Shown here: positions 19,809-29,495 of the stretch, piece by piece | Layout: each line of letters starts with the position of its first letter | Position numbering within the stretch: position 1 is the first letter of the stretch | Virus record (IMG/VR): IMGVR_UViG_3300010157_000035 | Location: 62,001-126,000 of that record | Direction: 5' to 3' (one strand) | Length of the DNA: 64,000 nt | Source of the DNA: an uncultured virus (IMG/VR IMGVR_UViG_3300010157_000035) | Lineage: Duplodnaviria; Heunggongvirae; Uroviricota; Caudoviricetes | The notes under the pieces: model-generated | Database searches by the model: none | Seen by the model: only the letters and a program-made list of their open reading frames with translations | Told to the model about the DNA's origin: nothing | Translations under genes and position numbers: made by a program

Positions 19809-20425
19809 ATTACTTTTACCTCTAGGTCAGACGCCATATAGTCTTGCTGATATTCTTCTGGCGGTTGTGGAATACCTAATATTTCTGCTAGTTCTTGATT
19901 GTTGCGAACAACAAGGCCATCATAATTAGCCCATGCCCGGCCTATGTCTCGATTTTGCCAATCAATGATTTTACTCATTTCACGCAAATTCTTATAATAC
20001 TTATCGTAGCTGGGATAGGTAATATTAAAATGTCCGCAACGCACCCACCAGCCCAGACAAGCATCGTTGTCACGCAGGGCTAAAATAATAGGACAGTCGG
20101 GCCACGTAGATTTAATAAAGTCTACATGGTGTGCAAACACATGACTTTTGATAATACGTGTACCTTCGCCTGAAAAAGGCCGATCAAACTCTGCTTCACA
20201 TTGTTCTTTTGTATAGTCACTGAGCTTGTCAAAGAAATCGCCAAACTCCATTCCAGGATCAAAGTATACTCCAAGATGCATCAGGTCTAATTTGCCCGAA
20301 GCATCGTGGTAGTAGGTTCTATCTTCGGTATAGTCAGTACGATCTATACTGGGACTATAGTAGATATTTTTAATCAAGCTCGACCATTTACTGCCTGGAG
20401 CACCGGCACAAAAAATATACTTCAT
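19805..20425 (-). CDS. Sulfotransferase-like protein
   Basis: GAPGSKWSS loop, IIKSH, IILALR. Confidence 0.5.
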   Translation of the reverse strand: MKYIFCAGAPGSKWSSLIKNIYYSPSIDRTDYTEDRTYYHDASGKLDLMHLGVYFDPGMEFGDFFDKLSDYTKEQCEAEFDRPFSGEGTRIIKSHVFAHHVDFIKSTWPDCPIILALRDNDACLGWWVRCGHFNITYPSYDKYYKNLREMSKIIDWQNRDIGRAWANYDGLVVRNNQELAEILGIPQPPEEYQQDYMASDLEVKVI

Positions 20426-21414
20426 TCTTTACTCAAATCAATTCGTTGTAGCACTGGCAAGAATGTTTCACGTAAACTTTCCATTTGTTTTTTCAAACCT
20501 GCTGGAGTAAGTTCGGCCTCTTCATAGAATACTACGTTTTTCTCACGCCATTCGGCATATTCCTTGCTGCGAATTGCGGCACTGAATGTTTTCTGATACC
20601 ATGCAACAATTTCTTTGTCTGTGTTGGGGGGCAATTCAATTGACCAAGCTGCGTATACATTAATTCCCGGTGCCACAGTGTTCAACAGTGGCACATCCGG
20701 ATACTGTGGCATTGTGCGTGTACCAGTAAATCCAATGGCTTTGACTTTGCCGGCTTCGACCAATGGCCTAGCCACAGCAATAGGCATAATACCAAACTCT
20801 GTGCCTACTTTTCCATCGTACTGTGCCACGCTGGTCACTGCTGGCAATGGACCGTTGAATTTGATTGGCTTGATCAGATCACGATTGCCATGTGCTTTGT
20901 TAATCAAATATTCGTATGCTGTTCTATGTGCTCCGCCGCCTACAGCAATATTAATAGGCCGAGTAGACTTAGCAAGATAACGCACAAAGTCAACTGGTGT
21001 TTCTACTGTGCTTTTTGGGCTGGCAACCAATACCAGCGGACTCTTGCCCATGGTCAATACATCAACAAAACTGTCCCATTGATATTTTTTAATCTTTGCT
21101 TCCCAAATATCATTGGTGACATAGCTGCTCATATGGCTTGGCAAGTTGATGGTATAGCCATCTGCAGGTTGTTGTATGAAATGGTTGTTGGCCACTGCAC
21201 TGTCGGCACCCGGGCGATTTTCCACCACATAAACAAACTTGGGATTTTTCTTCTGCACAATTTCGGCCAGTTTACGGAATGCTATCTCGTTTCCGGCACC
21301 GGGTGTGTTGCCCACAACAACTGTGACTGTTTTTGTAGGTTCCCAAGCATGGGATACCGAACATGCGCCCATTCCGGCCATGGTAATAAACAATGCTGCA
21401 AATAATCGTTTCAT
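20422..21414 (-). CDS. tctC: TctC/Bug tripartite tricarboxylate transporter substrate-binding protein
   Basis: Signal peptide; WEPTKTVTVVVG..PGAG; VVENRPGA; PDVP. Confidence 0.85.
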   Translation of the reverse strand: MKRLFAALFITMAGMGACSVSHAWEPTKTVTVVVGNTPGAGNEIAFRKLAEIVQKKNPKFVYVVENRPGADSAVANNHFIQQPADGYTINLPSHMSSYVTNDIWEAKIKKYQWDSFVDVLTMGKSPLVLVASPKSTVETPVDFVRYLAKSTRPINIAVGGGAHRTAYEYLINKAHGNRDLIKPIKFNGPLPAVTSVAQYDGKVGTEFGIMPIAVARPLVEAGKVKAIGFTGTRTMPQYPDVPLLNTVAPGINVYAAWSIELPPNTDKEIVAWYQKTFSAAIRSKEYAEWREKNVVFYEEAELTPAGLKKQMESLRETFLPVLQRIDLSKE

Positions 21415-21415
21415 T

Positions 21416-21967
21416 TTATTCCTTAAAAGTTAAATTTAAAATTTCATCTGGTAACCAAGGCGTTTTCATACGTTCCGGGTGCCAGACCACTCCTGCTGTT
21501 TGACCATCAATCCACGCTTCACAATTGCCTTCGGCGTCAGTGGCTAATACCGTACCAGACCGATGCAATTTTTTAATTGCCAAAGTATGATAGCTATTGA
21601 CCGCTATTAGCTCACCAAAGTAATTTACGTTGTGCGTGGTATTATGATGTCCTGCTACTTCTTCTACTCGACCACCTAATACATCAGTTAACAAAAAACA
21701 ACCATGACAAACACCAACAACTGGTTTTTTACGCAAGGCCATTTGTCCTGCTAACTTTAATTCTACTGTGCGGCGAAGAGCAGTGTCGTCTCCACCTGTG
21801 ATGATTAATACATCTAATTCTTGTGCTACTGCTTCAAAATCTTGATCTGTTCTATTTGCTACTGGAACAAGCGTATGACCCTGTAAGTATGAATACCATC
21901 CATGCTGGGTGGCATCATACGCTTGACCGTTATGATATAGGATTCGTTGTGTTAATCCTATATTCAA
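21416..21967 (-). CDS. Class I glutamine amidotransferase / peptidase C26
   Basis: ITGGDD, GVCHG nucleophile elbow, VNSYH, WHPE. Confidence 0.85.
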   Translation of the reverse strand: MNIGLTQRILYHNGQAYDATQHGWYSYLQGHTLVPVANRTDQDFEAVAQELDVLIITGGDDTALRRTVELKLAGQMALRKKPVVGVCHGCFLLTDVLGGRVEEVAGHHNTTHNVNYFGELIAVNSYHTLAIKKLHRSGTVLATDAEGNCEAWIDGQTAGVVWHPERMKTPWLPDEILNLTFKE

Positions 21968-21968
21968 A

Positions 21969-22664
21969 TTACCAACCGTATGCGTCTGCTACCAATGCTT
22001 TACCAGCATCTGCGGCAACAGTGTTCTTGCATGAAATTTCATACAAGTCTTTACGCATGGCGGCAACCAAAGTTTCAACTTTGGCAGCAACGTCTGCGTC
22101 TGTAACCAACTGCTCTAACTTGCGAGCACCGATCTTGCTGTGGAAGCCTTCGTCGCGAGCAATTTTAGCATAGCTCTTGGAGATAAATGGATCTTCGATG
22201 CAGTCGGCCATTTGATCCCACACTGCTTCGGCACGGCCTTCGGCTACCAACTGGTAAGCTGCCAAGGCAACTGGATCATTTTCTGCGCCGTATTTGGCCA
22301 ACAAACCAGCGCCTTTGGCAGTGGGTTTGGCAGCTTCTTTGGCGATAGCAGCTTCAACATCAACCGGTGCACCAGTGATGTGTTCAATTACTTCTTTGAC
22401 CATGCGGAAATGAACAGCTTCGTCGTGTGCTTGTTGTGTCAACAACTGCAATTCAACTGGATCTGCATCAGCAGGCATTGTTGCAATAGCTTGGCTGATT
22501 TCAACCATGTTCATACGCTCGTTGACCATGCGGCCAACAAAGTGCTCGACCAACTCTTCTTGAGCAGGCTTGCTGTCAAAGTATGCTTTCACATTGTGTT
22601 GACTAGCTTGGAATAATGCTTGATTGTCTGCCACGATCTTGGCAACAAATTCTTTACTGTTCAT
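21969..22664 (-). CDS. Ferritin-like di-iron enzyme
   Basis: Two ExxH motifs (DEAVH and DEGFH) in a helical protein. Confidence 0.75.
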   Translation of the reverse strand: MNSKEFVAKIVADNQALFQASQHNVKAYFDSKPAQEELVEHFVGRMVNERMNMVEISQAIATMPADADPVELQLLTQQAHDEAVHFRMVKEVIEHITGAPVDVEAAIAKEAAKPTAKGAGLLAKYGAENDPVALAAYQLVAEGRAEAVWDQMADCIEDPFISKSYAKIARDEGFHSKIGARKLEQLVTDADVAAKVETLVAAMRKDLYEISCKNTVAADAGKALVADAYGW

Positions 22665-22758
22665 ATAATCTCCTTAAATAGTTATGATGAATTTACAAGG
22701 GAGGCAAAATTTTTTATCTCTCTTGTAAATTTATTTATCAAAGAACGGAAAATTTCGT

Positions 22759-23543
22759 ATGAACACTAAAATTTTTAACCTTTTTAAAGAAATTTTAATG
22801 AACACCAAAATTTTTAACTTGAACTGGAAAAACTATGTTAATTAACCCCTATTCACCGAACACAACATTTAAAAATTTCCCGGACCTGAATGCTAAATTA
22901 TTAAAACACTATGATCGACTGTTTGATACTGTGGGTGATCTTGAAATTAGTCCCAGATACCTTTATGAATCAGGGTTGAAAATAGGATTCCGAGACATTT
23001 GCTATTACATTGATCAGTTATATAACAATCAACCCGAATCGGTTATTGACGTAGGCTGTGGAGAATGTGTTTGGAAAAACTGGTTCCCGAACATTGTGGG
23101 ATTTGATCCTAATACAAATGAATTTTCAAAACAAGATTTTGTTGATTTTTTTGATGAGGATTTCAGTCGAGGACATGCAAAGAATTGGACTTGCGGAATG
23201 GCGCTGAACAGCCTTCATTTCATTAAATGGAGTGAGGTGCCCAAACAAATTGATCTAGCAATGAATATAGTAAAAGATCAATTTTTATTTACATTTAATT
23301 TTAATGTTTTACCTAACAAGCCTAATGTTCCAATGGAACAATTGATTTTATTATTTGATGATATACTGCATTCAACAGGATACAAAATTAACTTATTAGA
23401 TTATCCCACACTTCAAGGATTTCCGCAAAGTAAAATAGACAAATGGGCACATATAAATGGACATGTGCGTTTTATATTGCAACACAAACAATGAAAGATA
23501 TCAATGAACACCAAAATTTTTAACCTGATTAAAGAAAATTTAA
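22759..23543 (+). repeat. Three copies of a gene-start sequence ATGAACACYAAAATTTTTAAC
   Basis: Copies at 22759, 22798 and 23504; copies 1 and 3 match over about 40 nt. Confidence 0.85.
22835..23494 (+). CDS. SAM-dependent methyltransferase-like protein
   Basis: VIDVGCGE motif I, GFDP, NSLHF; visibly AT-rich. Confidence 0.65.
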   Translation: MLINPYSPNTTFKNFPDLNAKLLKHYDRLFDTVGDLEISPRYLYESGLKIGFRDICYYIDQLYNNQPESVIDVGCGECVWKNWFPNIVGFDPNTNEFSKQDFVDFFDEDFSRGHAKNWTCGMALNSLHFIKWSEVPKQIDLAMNIVKDQFLFTFNFNVLPNKPNVPMEQLILLFDDILHSTGYKINLLDYPTLQGFPQSKIDKWAHINGHVRFILQHKQ

Positions 23544-24223
23544 CTACAGCCTTTAATTTGCCCAAGTATGCCGACATCGTAATTGACGCCGATACTATTG
23601 TGCAAGACCTGCCCTGGACTCCGGCACGTTATAGAAAGTTCAAAGATGCTGTGGAAGCAGAGTTGAGTTTGCCTTGTGAGTATATAGGCACCGTACGGGA
23701 TATAACACATGACCTAAGTGAGCGTTATATCAATCGCTTTTTTGGCGAAATTTGGAAGCCTAGAACAGGCGATTATGATTACACAGGATGGGAACTAGCA
23801 GATGAAATTAATAAACAGAATCCTCGAAGCGTTTTGGACGTTGGTTGCGGGTATCACCCATTTAAGGGTAGGATTAACAATTTACTTGGTATCGACCCTT
23901 ACAACAACTGTGCTGACTATATGGTTGATATTTTGGATTATGTGGGGAGCCATGATGTTGTTATTGCACTAGGATCAATCAACTTCAACGATCGTGATGA
24001 AATAGAAAGTCGCTTTAAAAAATGTGTGGATATACTGGATGCAGGCGGTCGATTTTACTTGCGGGCCAATCCAGGTATTACACACAAGACCGGTCCGTAT
24101 GTGGAAATATTTCCGTGGACATTTGAAATAGTAAAAGAGTTTGCTGAAAAATACAATTTAAAATTGTTAGAGTTTAAAAAAGATACTAATGATCGATTGT
24201 ATTTTGTTTATCAAAAACTTTGA
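23504..24223 (+). CDS. Class I SAM methyltransferase with an N-terminal carrier-protein-like extension
   Basis: VLDVGCG, GIDP, ALGSINF. Confidence 0.75.
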   Translation: MNTKIFNLIKENLTTAFNLPKYADIVIDADTIVQDLPWTPARYRKFKDAVEAELSLPCEYIGTVRDITHDLSERYINRFFGEIWKPRTGDYDYTGWELADEINKQNPRSVLDVGCGYHPFKGRINNLLGIDPYNNCADYMVDILDYVGSHDVVIALGSINFNDRDEIESRFKKCVDILDAGGRFYLRANPGITHKTGPYVEIFPWTFEIVKEFAEKYNLKLLEFKKDTNDRLYFVYQKL

Positions 24224-24875
24224 TCATATAATCACCAGCGGCACAGTGTGCCGCTTCTAGTGGGTGGCCGCCAGACCCAATCGGATGCCCGTTGCGTTTG
24301 GTCCACTCTAGGAAATTTTGTCCATCGAAATCAGTTATAAAAGGTCGTATATAAGCCTGAAGATCCAATATGGCTGGCGAAACATGCCAGCGTTGATCAA
24401 ACAATAACTCGTCTAGACTGGTCATAATAAACGGTATATTGCGTTGTTGTAAGGTATCGATTGCTAGTTTTATGCTGGTTAAACTCACTAACTTATCACG
24501 AAATTCAGAATGTAGATCTCGATAGTATATTTGTGCAACTGTGCTTTGATCCGTTGGGCTTATAGTATTCCAAGGGTCTATGGCTTGATCACCGTGATTG
24601 TCAACGTAATAATCAAAACGTTCAATCCAAGTCCATCCAATTACAAATACATCTAAACTGTCGCTACTGGCTGCTTGATCTAATACTCGTGTTAATATTT
24701 GTAAATTTCCAGACCCGCCATGAGAAAAACATCGATATTGTCGGTTGAGGTGACGTGCCAAGTGTGCTGGCCAGGTGGATTGACTTGGCATATCTCGTAC
24801 GCCAACAAATGTTTGATCGGATAATTCTGTTCCGTGTATGAAACTACACCCAAAACTTTTTAATCGCATAGGCAA
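24186..24875 (-). CDS. SGNH hydrolase-like protein
   Basis: FGCSF..G, GSGN, C-terminal GHP...AH. Confidence 0.55.
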   Translation of the reverse strand: MPMRLKSFGCSFIHGTELSDQTFVGVRDMPSQSTWPAHLARHLNRQYRCFSHGGSGNLQILTRVLDQAASSDSLDVFVIGWTWIERFDYYVDNHGDQAIDPWNTISPTDQSTVAQIYYRDLHSEFRDKLVSLTSIKLAIDTLQQRNIPFIMTSLDELLFDQRWHVSPAILDLQAYIRPFITDFDGQNFLEWTKRNGHPIGSGGHPLEAAHCAAGDYMIKVFDKQNTIDH

Positions 24876-24910
24876 TTATATACCTATATTACGCAGTTGA
24901 ATCAGAATTT

Positions 24911-25480
24911 TTACAGTATGCCAGCGGCTGATTGAATGGCTTGTAATGCTCGATCTCGTTTATCATAGTTACTGACCACTGGTATACCGGCAGCAACACG
25001 CACTTCATTTAGATCTCGTTCATAACGTTCGCGGTAAGCTCTTGGGCTCAACGGAACTAACCGATCGAACTCATCTCTACTAAAAGGAGTTTCTTTACCT
25101 TTATAGTGCATGGTCCACGCCGAACTGTCGTCAAATTCAGTCAGGGTATTTAGATCATCCAACAACTGTTCTACATTGCCACCAGCCGTTGAGCGACGGC
25201 GAATTTCCACATAGACCAAATACCGATTGGGTTTGATTTCACCTGGACTACGATCAGCATCCAACACAAAGTCGTAACCCTTTTCAAACCAATTCATTAG
25301 GTCTTTGGCGGCCTGTTGATCACGCACAAAGAAGCTGATGACTATGACATCGTCGTCATCGCCCATTTTGCTTGAAAATTCGTCCACGTGAACCGTGGGC
25401 TTCATCATGCCGTCAAGGTCTTTAAACCCTAGGCTTTCAGAAAGCAGGTTGTTGAGGTTGTTGGAGTTGTTGTTGTGCAT
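24911..25480 (-). CDS. Hypothetical protein (late gene, possibly virion)
   Basis: Acidic protein with N-terminal LLSE; overlaps the tail of the upstream gene. Start is uncertain (25480 or 25498). Confidence 0.6.
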   Translation of the reverse strand: MHNNNSNNLNNLLSESLGFKDLDGMMKPTVHVDEFSSKMGDDDDVIVISFFVRDQQAAKDLMNWFEKGYDFVLDADRSPGEIKPNRYLVYVEIRRRSTAGGNVEQLLDDLNTLTEFDDSSAWTMHYKGKETPFSRDEFDRLVPLSPRAYRERYERDLNEVRVAAGIPVVSNYDKRDRALQAIQSAAGIL

Positions 25481-26027
25481 TTTGGGCCTGTGAATCACTT
25501 TGATAACTTTCTTGATCTAGATCCTGCTCGTAGGCATCATCTAAGTCAGCTAAATCAATATCTTGATCTTCTAATTCTACTGAGCCTGTGCGTATATCAC
25601 TCATCAAGGCTTTGGGCATGGATATTTCTACTAGCCATACGGGTTTTTCTGTTATGCGAGCTTTATGGGTGCCTGGACGATAATCACTAGGATCTTCAAT
25701 CTTGATCGGCACTTTCATTTGTGTTTTTTTGTATTTGACCACACAATCAAACGGCAATAATCTACGCCCGCCTCTTGGATCTGGCATTAGCTTTTCTGGC
25801 CACATAAAAATGCAAGTCACACGGTATTTGCTGATCTCAGGGCCAGATACCAATTCGCCAATTTGCCAGTTTTTAAAAGCATACAAATCCAGCTCATCCA
25901 GCACACGCTCAAAGTCCAGTAGGGTCAGGAGACTGCCTTCACTGAGATAGATATCCTGAATGTTTTGGGCTATTTGCCAATAGTCGGCACCGTCTTTGAA
26001 TATAGCTTGATCAATGGTTTTGCTCAT
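25437..26027 (-). CDS. Hypothetical protein (late gene)
   Basis: TAAATA directly upstream; acidic and Gln-rich tail. Confidence 0.65.
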   Translation of the reverse strand: MSKTIDQAIFKDGADYWQIAQNIQDIYLSEGSLLTLLDFERVLDELDLYAFKNWQIGELVSGPEISKYRVTCIFMWPEKLMPDPRGGRRLLPFDCVVKYKKTQMKVPIKIEDPSDYRPGTHKARITEKPVWLVEISMPKALMSDIRTGSVELEDQDIDLADLDDAYEQDLDQESYQSDSQAQNAQQQLQQPQQPAF

Positions 26028-26193
26028 ACGATTATTTATGGTGATTTCGATCTAAGCAGAGAGTTTGAATATCTGGAGTGTAGCCTAATACTTATGCCGT
26101 TTTTGAATCATTTACTACCCACACTAAACTCAAGGAACTAGATCCGTAAATACTTGGACAGCAAAAGGTGCTGTTAGAAGTAACTCAACTACA

Positions 26194-26943
26194 ATGGAGT
26201 ATAAATTGAGTAGACAAAGAGCAGCAAAATCACAAAAACGTCATGACATGACATATCAAGAAAATACAATCCGCTTCGATCAAGTAAAACCAGTAAAACA
26301 ACGACCCATTGATATTGTGCCACGCACAAGAAATCAAGAACGTTTGGTGCTGGCTTTGCAAGATGCAGATCAGCCGATTGTGATCACAGCAGGACCAGCA
26401 GGAACAGGAAAAACATATTTAGCCATGCTGGCAGCAGTAAAGGCATTTAGAGCAGGTGAGGTCAATCGTATAGTATTGACGCGGCCCGCAGTGGGTGTAG
26501 AAGATGAACAGCACGGGTTCTTGCCCGGTGATTTAAATCAAAAGATGGATCCATGGGTTCGTCCATTGACTGATATACTACGTGAGTATTATCGTCAGCC
26601 GGACATTGCTGCCATGATCCAGGAGCAACGAATAGAGATAGCTCCATTGGCCTTCATGCGCGGCCGCACTTTTAAAAATGCGTATATTATCGCTGACGAG
26701 ATGCAGAATGCAACTCCCAATCAGTGCAAAATGCTAATGACCCGTATTGGCCAAGGTAGTAAAATTGTAATCACGGGCGACGTAGAACAAGCGGATCGCA
26801 ACCGCGGCAATAATGGTCTAATGGACCTGTGCCAAAGACTGGGGGAAGGGGGTGTAAAAGGAATAGCTGTTTGCAATCTTGACAATCAAGACATACAGCG
26901 GCATAGAATCATTGATTCTGTGCTACGACTTTACTCCGATTAG
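26194..26943 (+). CDS. phoH: PhoH-family ATPase
   Basis: GPAGTGKT, LTRPAV, GFLPG, MRGRTF, DEMQN, GDVEQ. The start may be TTG at 26206 after GGAG. Confidence 0.95.
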   Translation: MEYKLSRQRAAKSQKRHDMTYQENTIRFDQVKPVKQRPIDIVPRTRNQERLVLALQDADQPIVITAGPAGTGKTYLAMLAAVKAFRAGEVNRIVLTRPAVGVEDEQHGFLPGDLNQKMDPWVRPLTDILREYYRQPDIAAMIQEQRIEIAPLAFMRGRTFKNAYIIADEMQNATPNQCKMLMTRIGQGSKIVITGDVEQADRNRGNNGLMDLCQRLGEGGVKGIAVCNLDNQDIQRHRIIDSVLRLYSD

Positions 26944-27668
26944 GAAACCAGTAGCCCAGCAACTTGTTGGGCTAGTTTTTTATATATGTCTGCACCAGGA
27001 TGTAGTAAATCTCTAGCTGTGCCACCAGGCCATGGATAATCCATGGCGTTATCTCTGGGCAAAATTATACTCTGTATACCCAAAGAATTGCATAGCTGTT
27101 TAAATGCCAAGGCGTTCTTTTGAAGATTCAACTGTTGATTAGAGGGCGACGTGAACCAAGTTTTAATAAAGAAATCGTTGGCACAGGGATTTTGAGTATC
27201 ACTAGCTATAATATTCAAGCTCATTGGAAATGATTCATCCAATAGCTCAATACGATGCATATCTGTTTGTAGCCATATGGCATACTGAGGGCGTAGCAAT
27301 GGCAAATAATGCAATGCAAATCTAACGGCTGTATCGTTGCTACTGCCAGCATGTCCAAGATTGGCCACCGACAGACCGGTGATAGCAGACAACTGTTCAG
27401 GCCAGGTATCTCGACTGTGAACTCCGGTGCCCATGGTAAAACTACAACCAAAACACACTGCATCAAATGGCTGATCAAATTCTTTTGTTCTAAACCCGTG
27501 ACTATTGTATTGGTAGTCAATCTGTGTATTTATAAATCCAAGATCATGTAGTCGTTGATATGCTACTGGATTTTGTAGGCTCTGAATATAGTTATTTTTA
27601 TTGTCGCTGGTATCCCAGTGTAGGGTTCGACCTGCTACTTGTGAATAATTGTGTATCAACGGCGTCAT
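26940..27668 (-). CDS. SGNH hydrolase-like protein
   Basis: YNSHGFR, FGCSFTMG, NLGHAGSS, RDLLHPG. Confidence 0.6.
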   Translation of the reverse strand: MTPLIHNYSQVAGRTLHWDTSDNKNNYIQSLQNPVAYQRLHDLGFINTQIDYQYNSHGFRTKEFDQPFDAVCFGCSFTMGTGVHSRDTWPEQLSAITGLSVANLGHAGSSNDTAVRFALHYLPLLRPQYAIWLQTDMHRIELLDESFPMSLNIIASDTQNPCANDFFIKTWFTSPSNQQLNLQKNALAFKQLCNSLGIQSIILPRDNAMDYPWPGGTARDLLHPGADIYKKLAQQVAGLLVS

Positions 27669-28267
27669 CCGGTAACGATCTCGTAAATGTGCTTCCAGTT
27701 TTTAACTACAGTAATGCCTTTGTGATAATAATGCATGTTATGCCCGTGTTCTACCAGTAGACTTTGTAGGCCTACATTGTAGCCAGCTTCGGCATTTTCT
27801 GGTTTGTCCTCAAGCCAATAGCATCCAGAGCCTTTGTATTCTTCCAAGGCCTCTTCTTTGTCAGCACCGGTGTCCAAGCACACAATACGTTCAAATACCG
27901 ACGTCCCGAACAATTTATTTAGATTCATTTCGCGAAGTTTTTGTGCATTAGGATCCAAACTCAAACTGGTGATACAGTGAAATCTAAATCCGTATTCTTC
28001 ATGCAGTCGCTTGACATAATACATGGCATCACGTAGTGCAGGTAAAAATCCAATTGCGGCCGATTCATTAAAGATGCGTATCAGTTTTTTAACTTGCTCT
28101 TTTGGTATACCGTAACGCACACTCATATCATAATTGAGTTTACTGCCCGAGACTTCTTCAAAGCCGTGTTCTTGCATCCAAACATTAAATGCCCATTCCC
28201 AATCTAATAGCACACCATCAGCGTCGGTTAGAATCAGTTTGTTTAAATTTTGATATTTTGATTTCAT
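27665..28267 (-). CDS. HAD-family 5'(3')-deoxyribonucleotidase-like phosphatase
   Basis: DADGVL motif I, ITS, K, EDK. Confidence 0.8.
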   Translation of the reverse strand: MKSKYQNLNKLILTDADGVLLDWEWAFNVWMQEHGFEEVSGSKLNYDMSVRYGIPKEQVKKLIRIFNESAAIGFLPALRDAMYYVKRLHEEYGFRFHCITSLSLDPNAQKLREMNLNKLFGTSVFERIVCLDTGADKEEALEEYKGSGCYWLEDKPENAEAGYNVGLQSLLVEHGHNMHYYHKGITVVKNWKHIYEIVTG

Positions 28268-28273
28268 ACTGTT

Positions 28274-28302
28274 ATTATACTACAAAGCACAGTTTTGGTC
28301 AA
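28274..28302 (-). promoter_or_regulatory. Sigma70-like promoter, predicted near-leaderless mRNA
   Basis: TTGACC-N17-TATAAT, followed by ATG 6 nt later. Confidence 0.75.
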
Positions 28303-29207
28303 CCGGCTGTGTTTGGGCAGTTGTATTGGCATCCAGGATGTTGATCCAGTGTTTGATAAAACTCTATGGTCTGCGGCTGTTGTAAAATTTCAGACAGGGT
28401 ATGTTGACGAATATCGTATTGCGGTTTGTTTTTACCAAATGGTGTTTTGTAATAAAATCTATGGTCGGCAAGATAGCAACATGGAATATAATGTCCGCCG
28501 GCTGTAATAAAATGCTCATGGCCGGTATGGCATTTGGGTGTCAATGCTGTTGCGGCATTTTCTAATTTCCATTTGGCCTGCACAGCGTAACGAGAACTAA
28601 TCAACGACTTGTCTGGGATCAAGTGCTGAGTTTTTTCGTCAAATCGGTCACTGAATCCCACATAGAAATTCTTGATGCCAATTGTCTGACTGAGTTTTTC
28701 TACCTGTTCAATATCAGTTTGATTGAACGCAAAAGGTATATATTTCCAATGACTATTGCAATTGGAACCAGCAACAACATCTAGTCCAACTCGAATTGAA
28801 TCCCAATCGGCGTTGATTCGATATTGGGTAAAATTTTCAGGAGTACCGTCGATACTGAACGTTATGTTGTCCTGGGACGATAACATATCAACTAACTCTT
28901 GCCACCAGTTATGTGTTTTATAACTGCCATTGGTGGTGATCATCACCACAGCACCTTTTTGTTTTAACCGCCGGACAAAATTGATAAAATCATAATGATA
29001 TATCGGATCACCGTAGTCGCCGCATAATTTTATACCTATATTGGTCAAATCAATATCAAGAAACTGCAACAATAAATCAATATCAAGACTTTGATTTTTC
29101 CAGTGCTGTGGCCACTGTTCAATAAATTGAGTTCTTGCACAACCAGGACATTTTAGTGTGCAAATATTAGTAGGTTCAATGTGAAATCCAGTAATTGATT
29201 CAATCAT
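28299..29207 (-). CDS. Radical SAM enzyme with SPASM/twitch-like C-terminus
   Basis: CTLKCPGC, GDP, TNGS, FSIDG, C-terminal PCC and CQYNC. Confidence 0.85.
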   Translation of the reverse strand: MIESITGFHIEPTNICTLKCPGCARTQFIEQWPQHWKNQSLDIDLLLQFLDIDLTNIGIKLCGDYGDPIYHYDFINFVRRLKQKGAVVMITTNGSYKTHNWWQELVDMLSSQDNITFSIDGTPENFTQYRINADWDSIRVGLDVVAGSNCNSHWKYIPFAFNQTDIEQVEKLSQTIGIKNFYVGFSDRFDEKTQHLIPDKSLISSRYAVQAKWKLENAATALTPKCHTGHEHFITAGGHYIPCCYLADHRFYYKTPFGKNKPQYDIRQHTLSEILQQPQTIEFYQTLDQHPGCQYNCPNTAG

Positions 29208-29213
29208 GAGTCA

Positions 29214-29495
29214 TTATGGTTGCATTGCGACTGCCTTGGGTAATTCATGACCGTTTTGTTGCAATAATCTTTCCATGATGTTGGTATAGAACGGATAATA
29301 GTAGCCAACAATTCGATCCCAGTCTTTAGGAATAGCAGTATCACGCAGGGCAGCTTTGAGAACTATTTGTTCTTTAAAGTCCAAAATTACACTGGCAGTT
29401 TGCCAATCTTTATTTTTGACTCGAGTTGCCACAGTCATGACTTCGTCGATTTTACCAGAGGGCTGGTAATAATATGTTAGCATCAGGTATCTCAT
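29214..29495 (-). CDS. Hypothetical protein
   Basis: 93-aa ORF in the operon. Confidence 0.6.
   Translation of the reverse strand: MRYLMLTYYYQPSGKIDEVMTVATRVKNKDWQTASVILDFKEQIVLKAALRDTAIPKDWDRIVGYYYPFYTNIMERLLQQNGHELPKAVAMQP

Noticed and set aside
25437..25480. CAA-rich overlap read as poly-Gln in one gene and poly-Asn in the next
   Set aside because: A short low-complexity overlap with no sign of programmed frameshifting.
26028..26193. tRNA genes in intergenic gaps
   Set aside because: No cloverleaf or T-loop consensus was found by eye here or in other gaps; tRNAscan-SE would be decisive.
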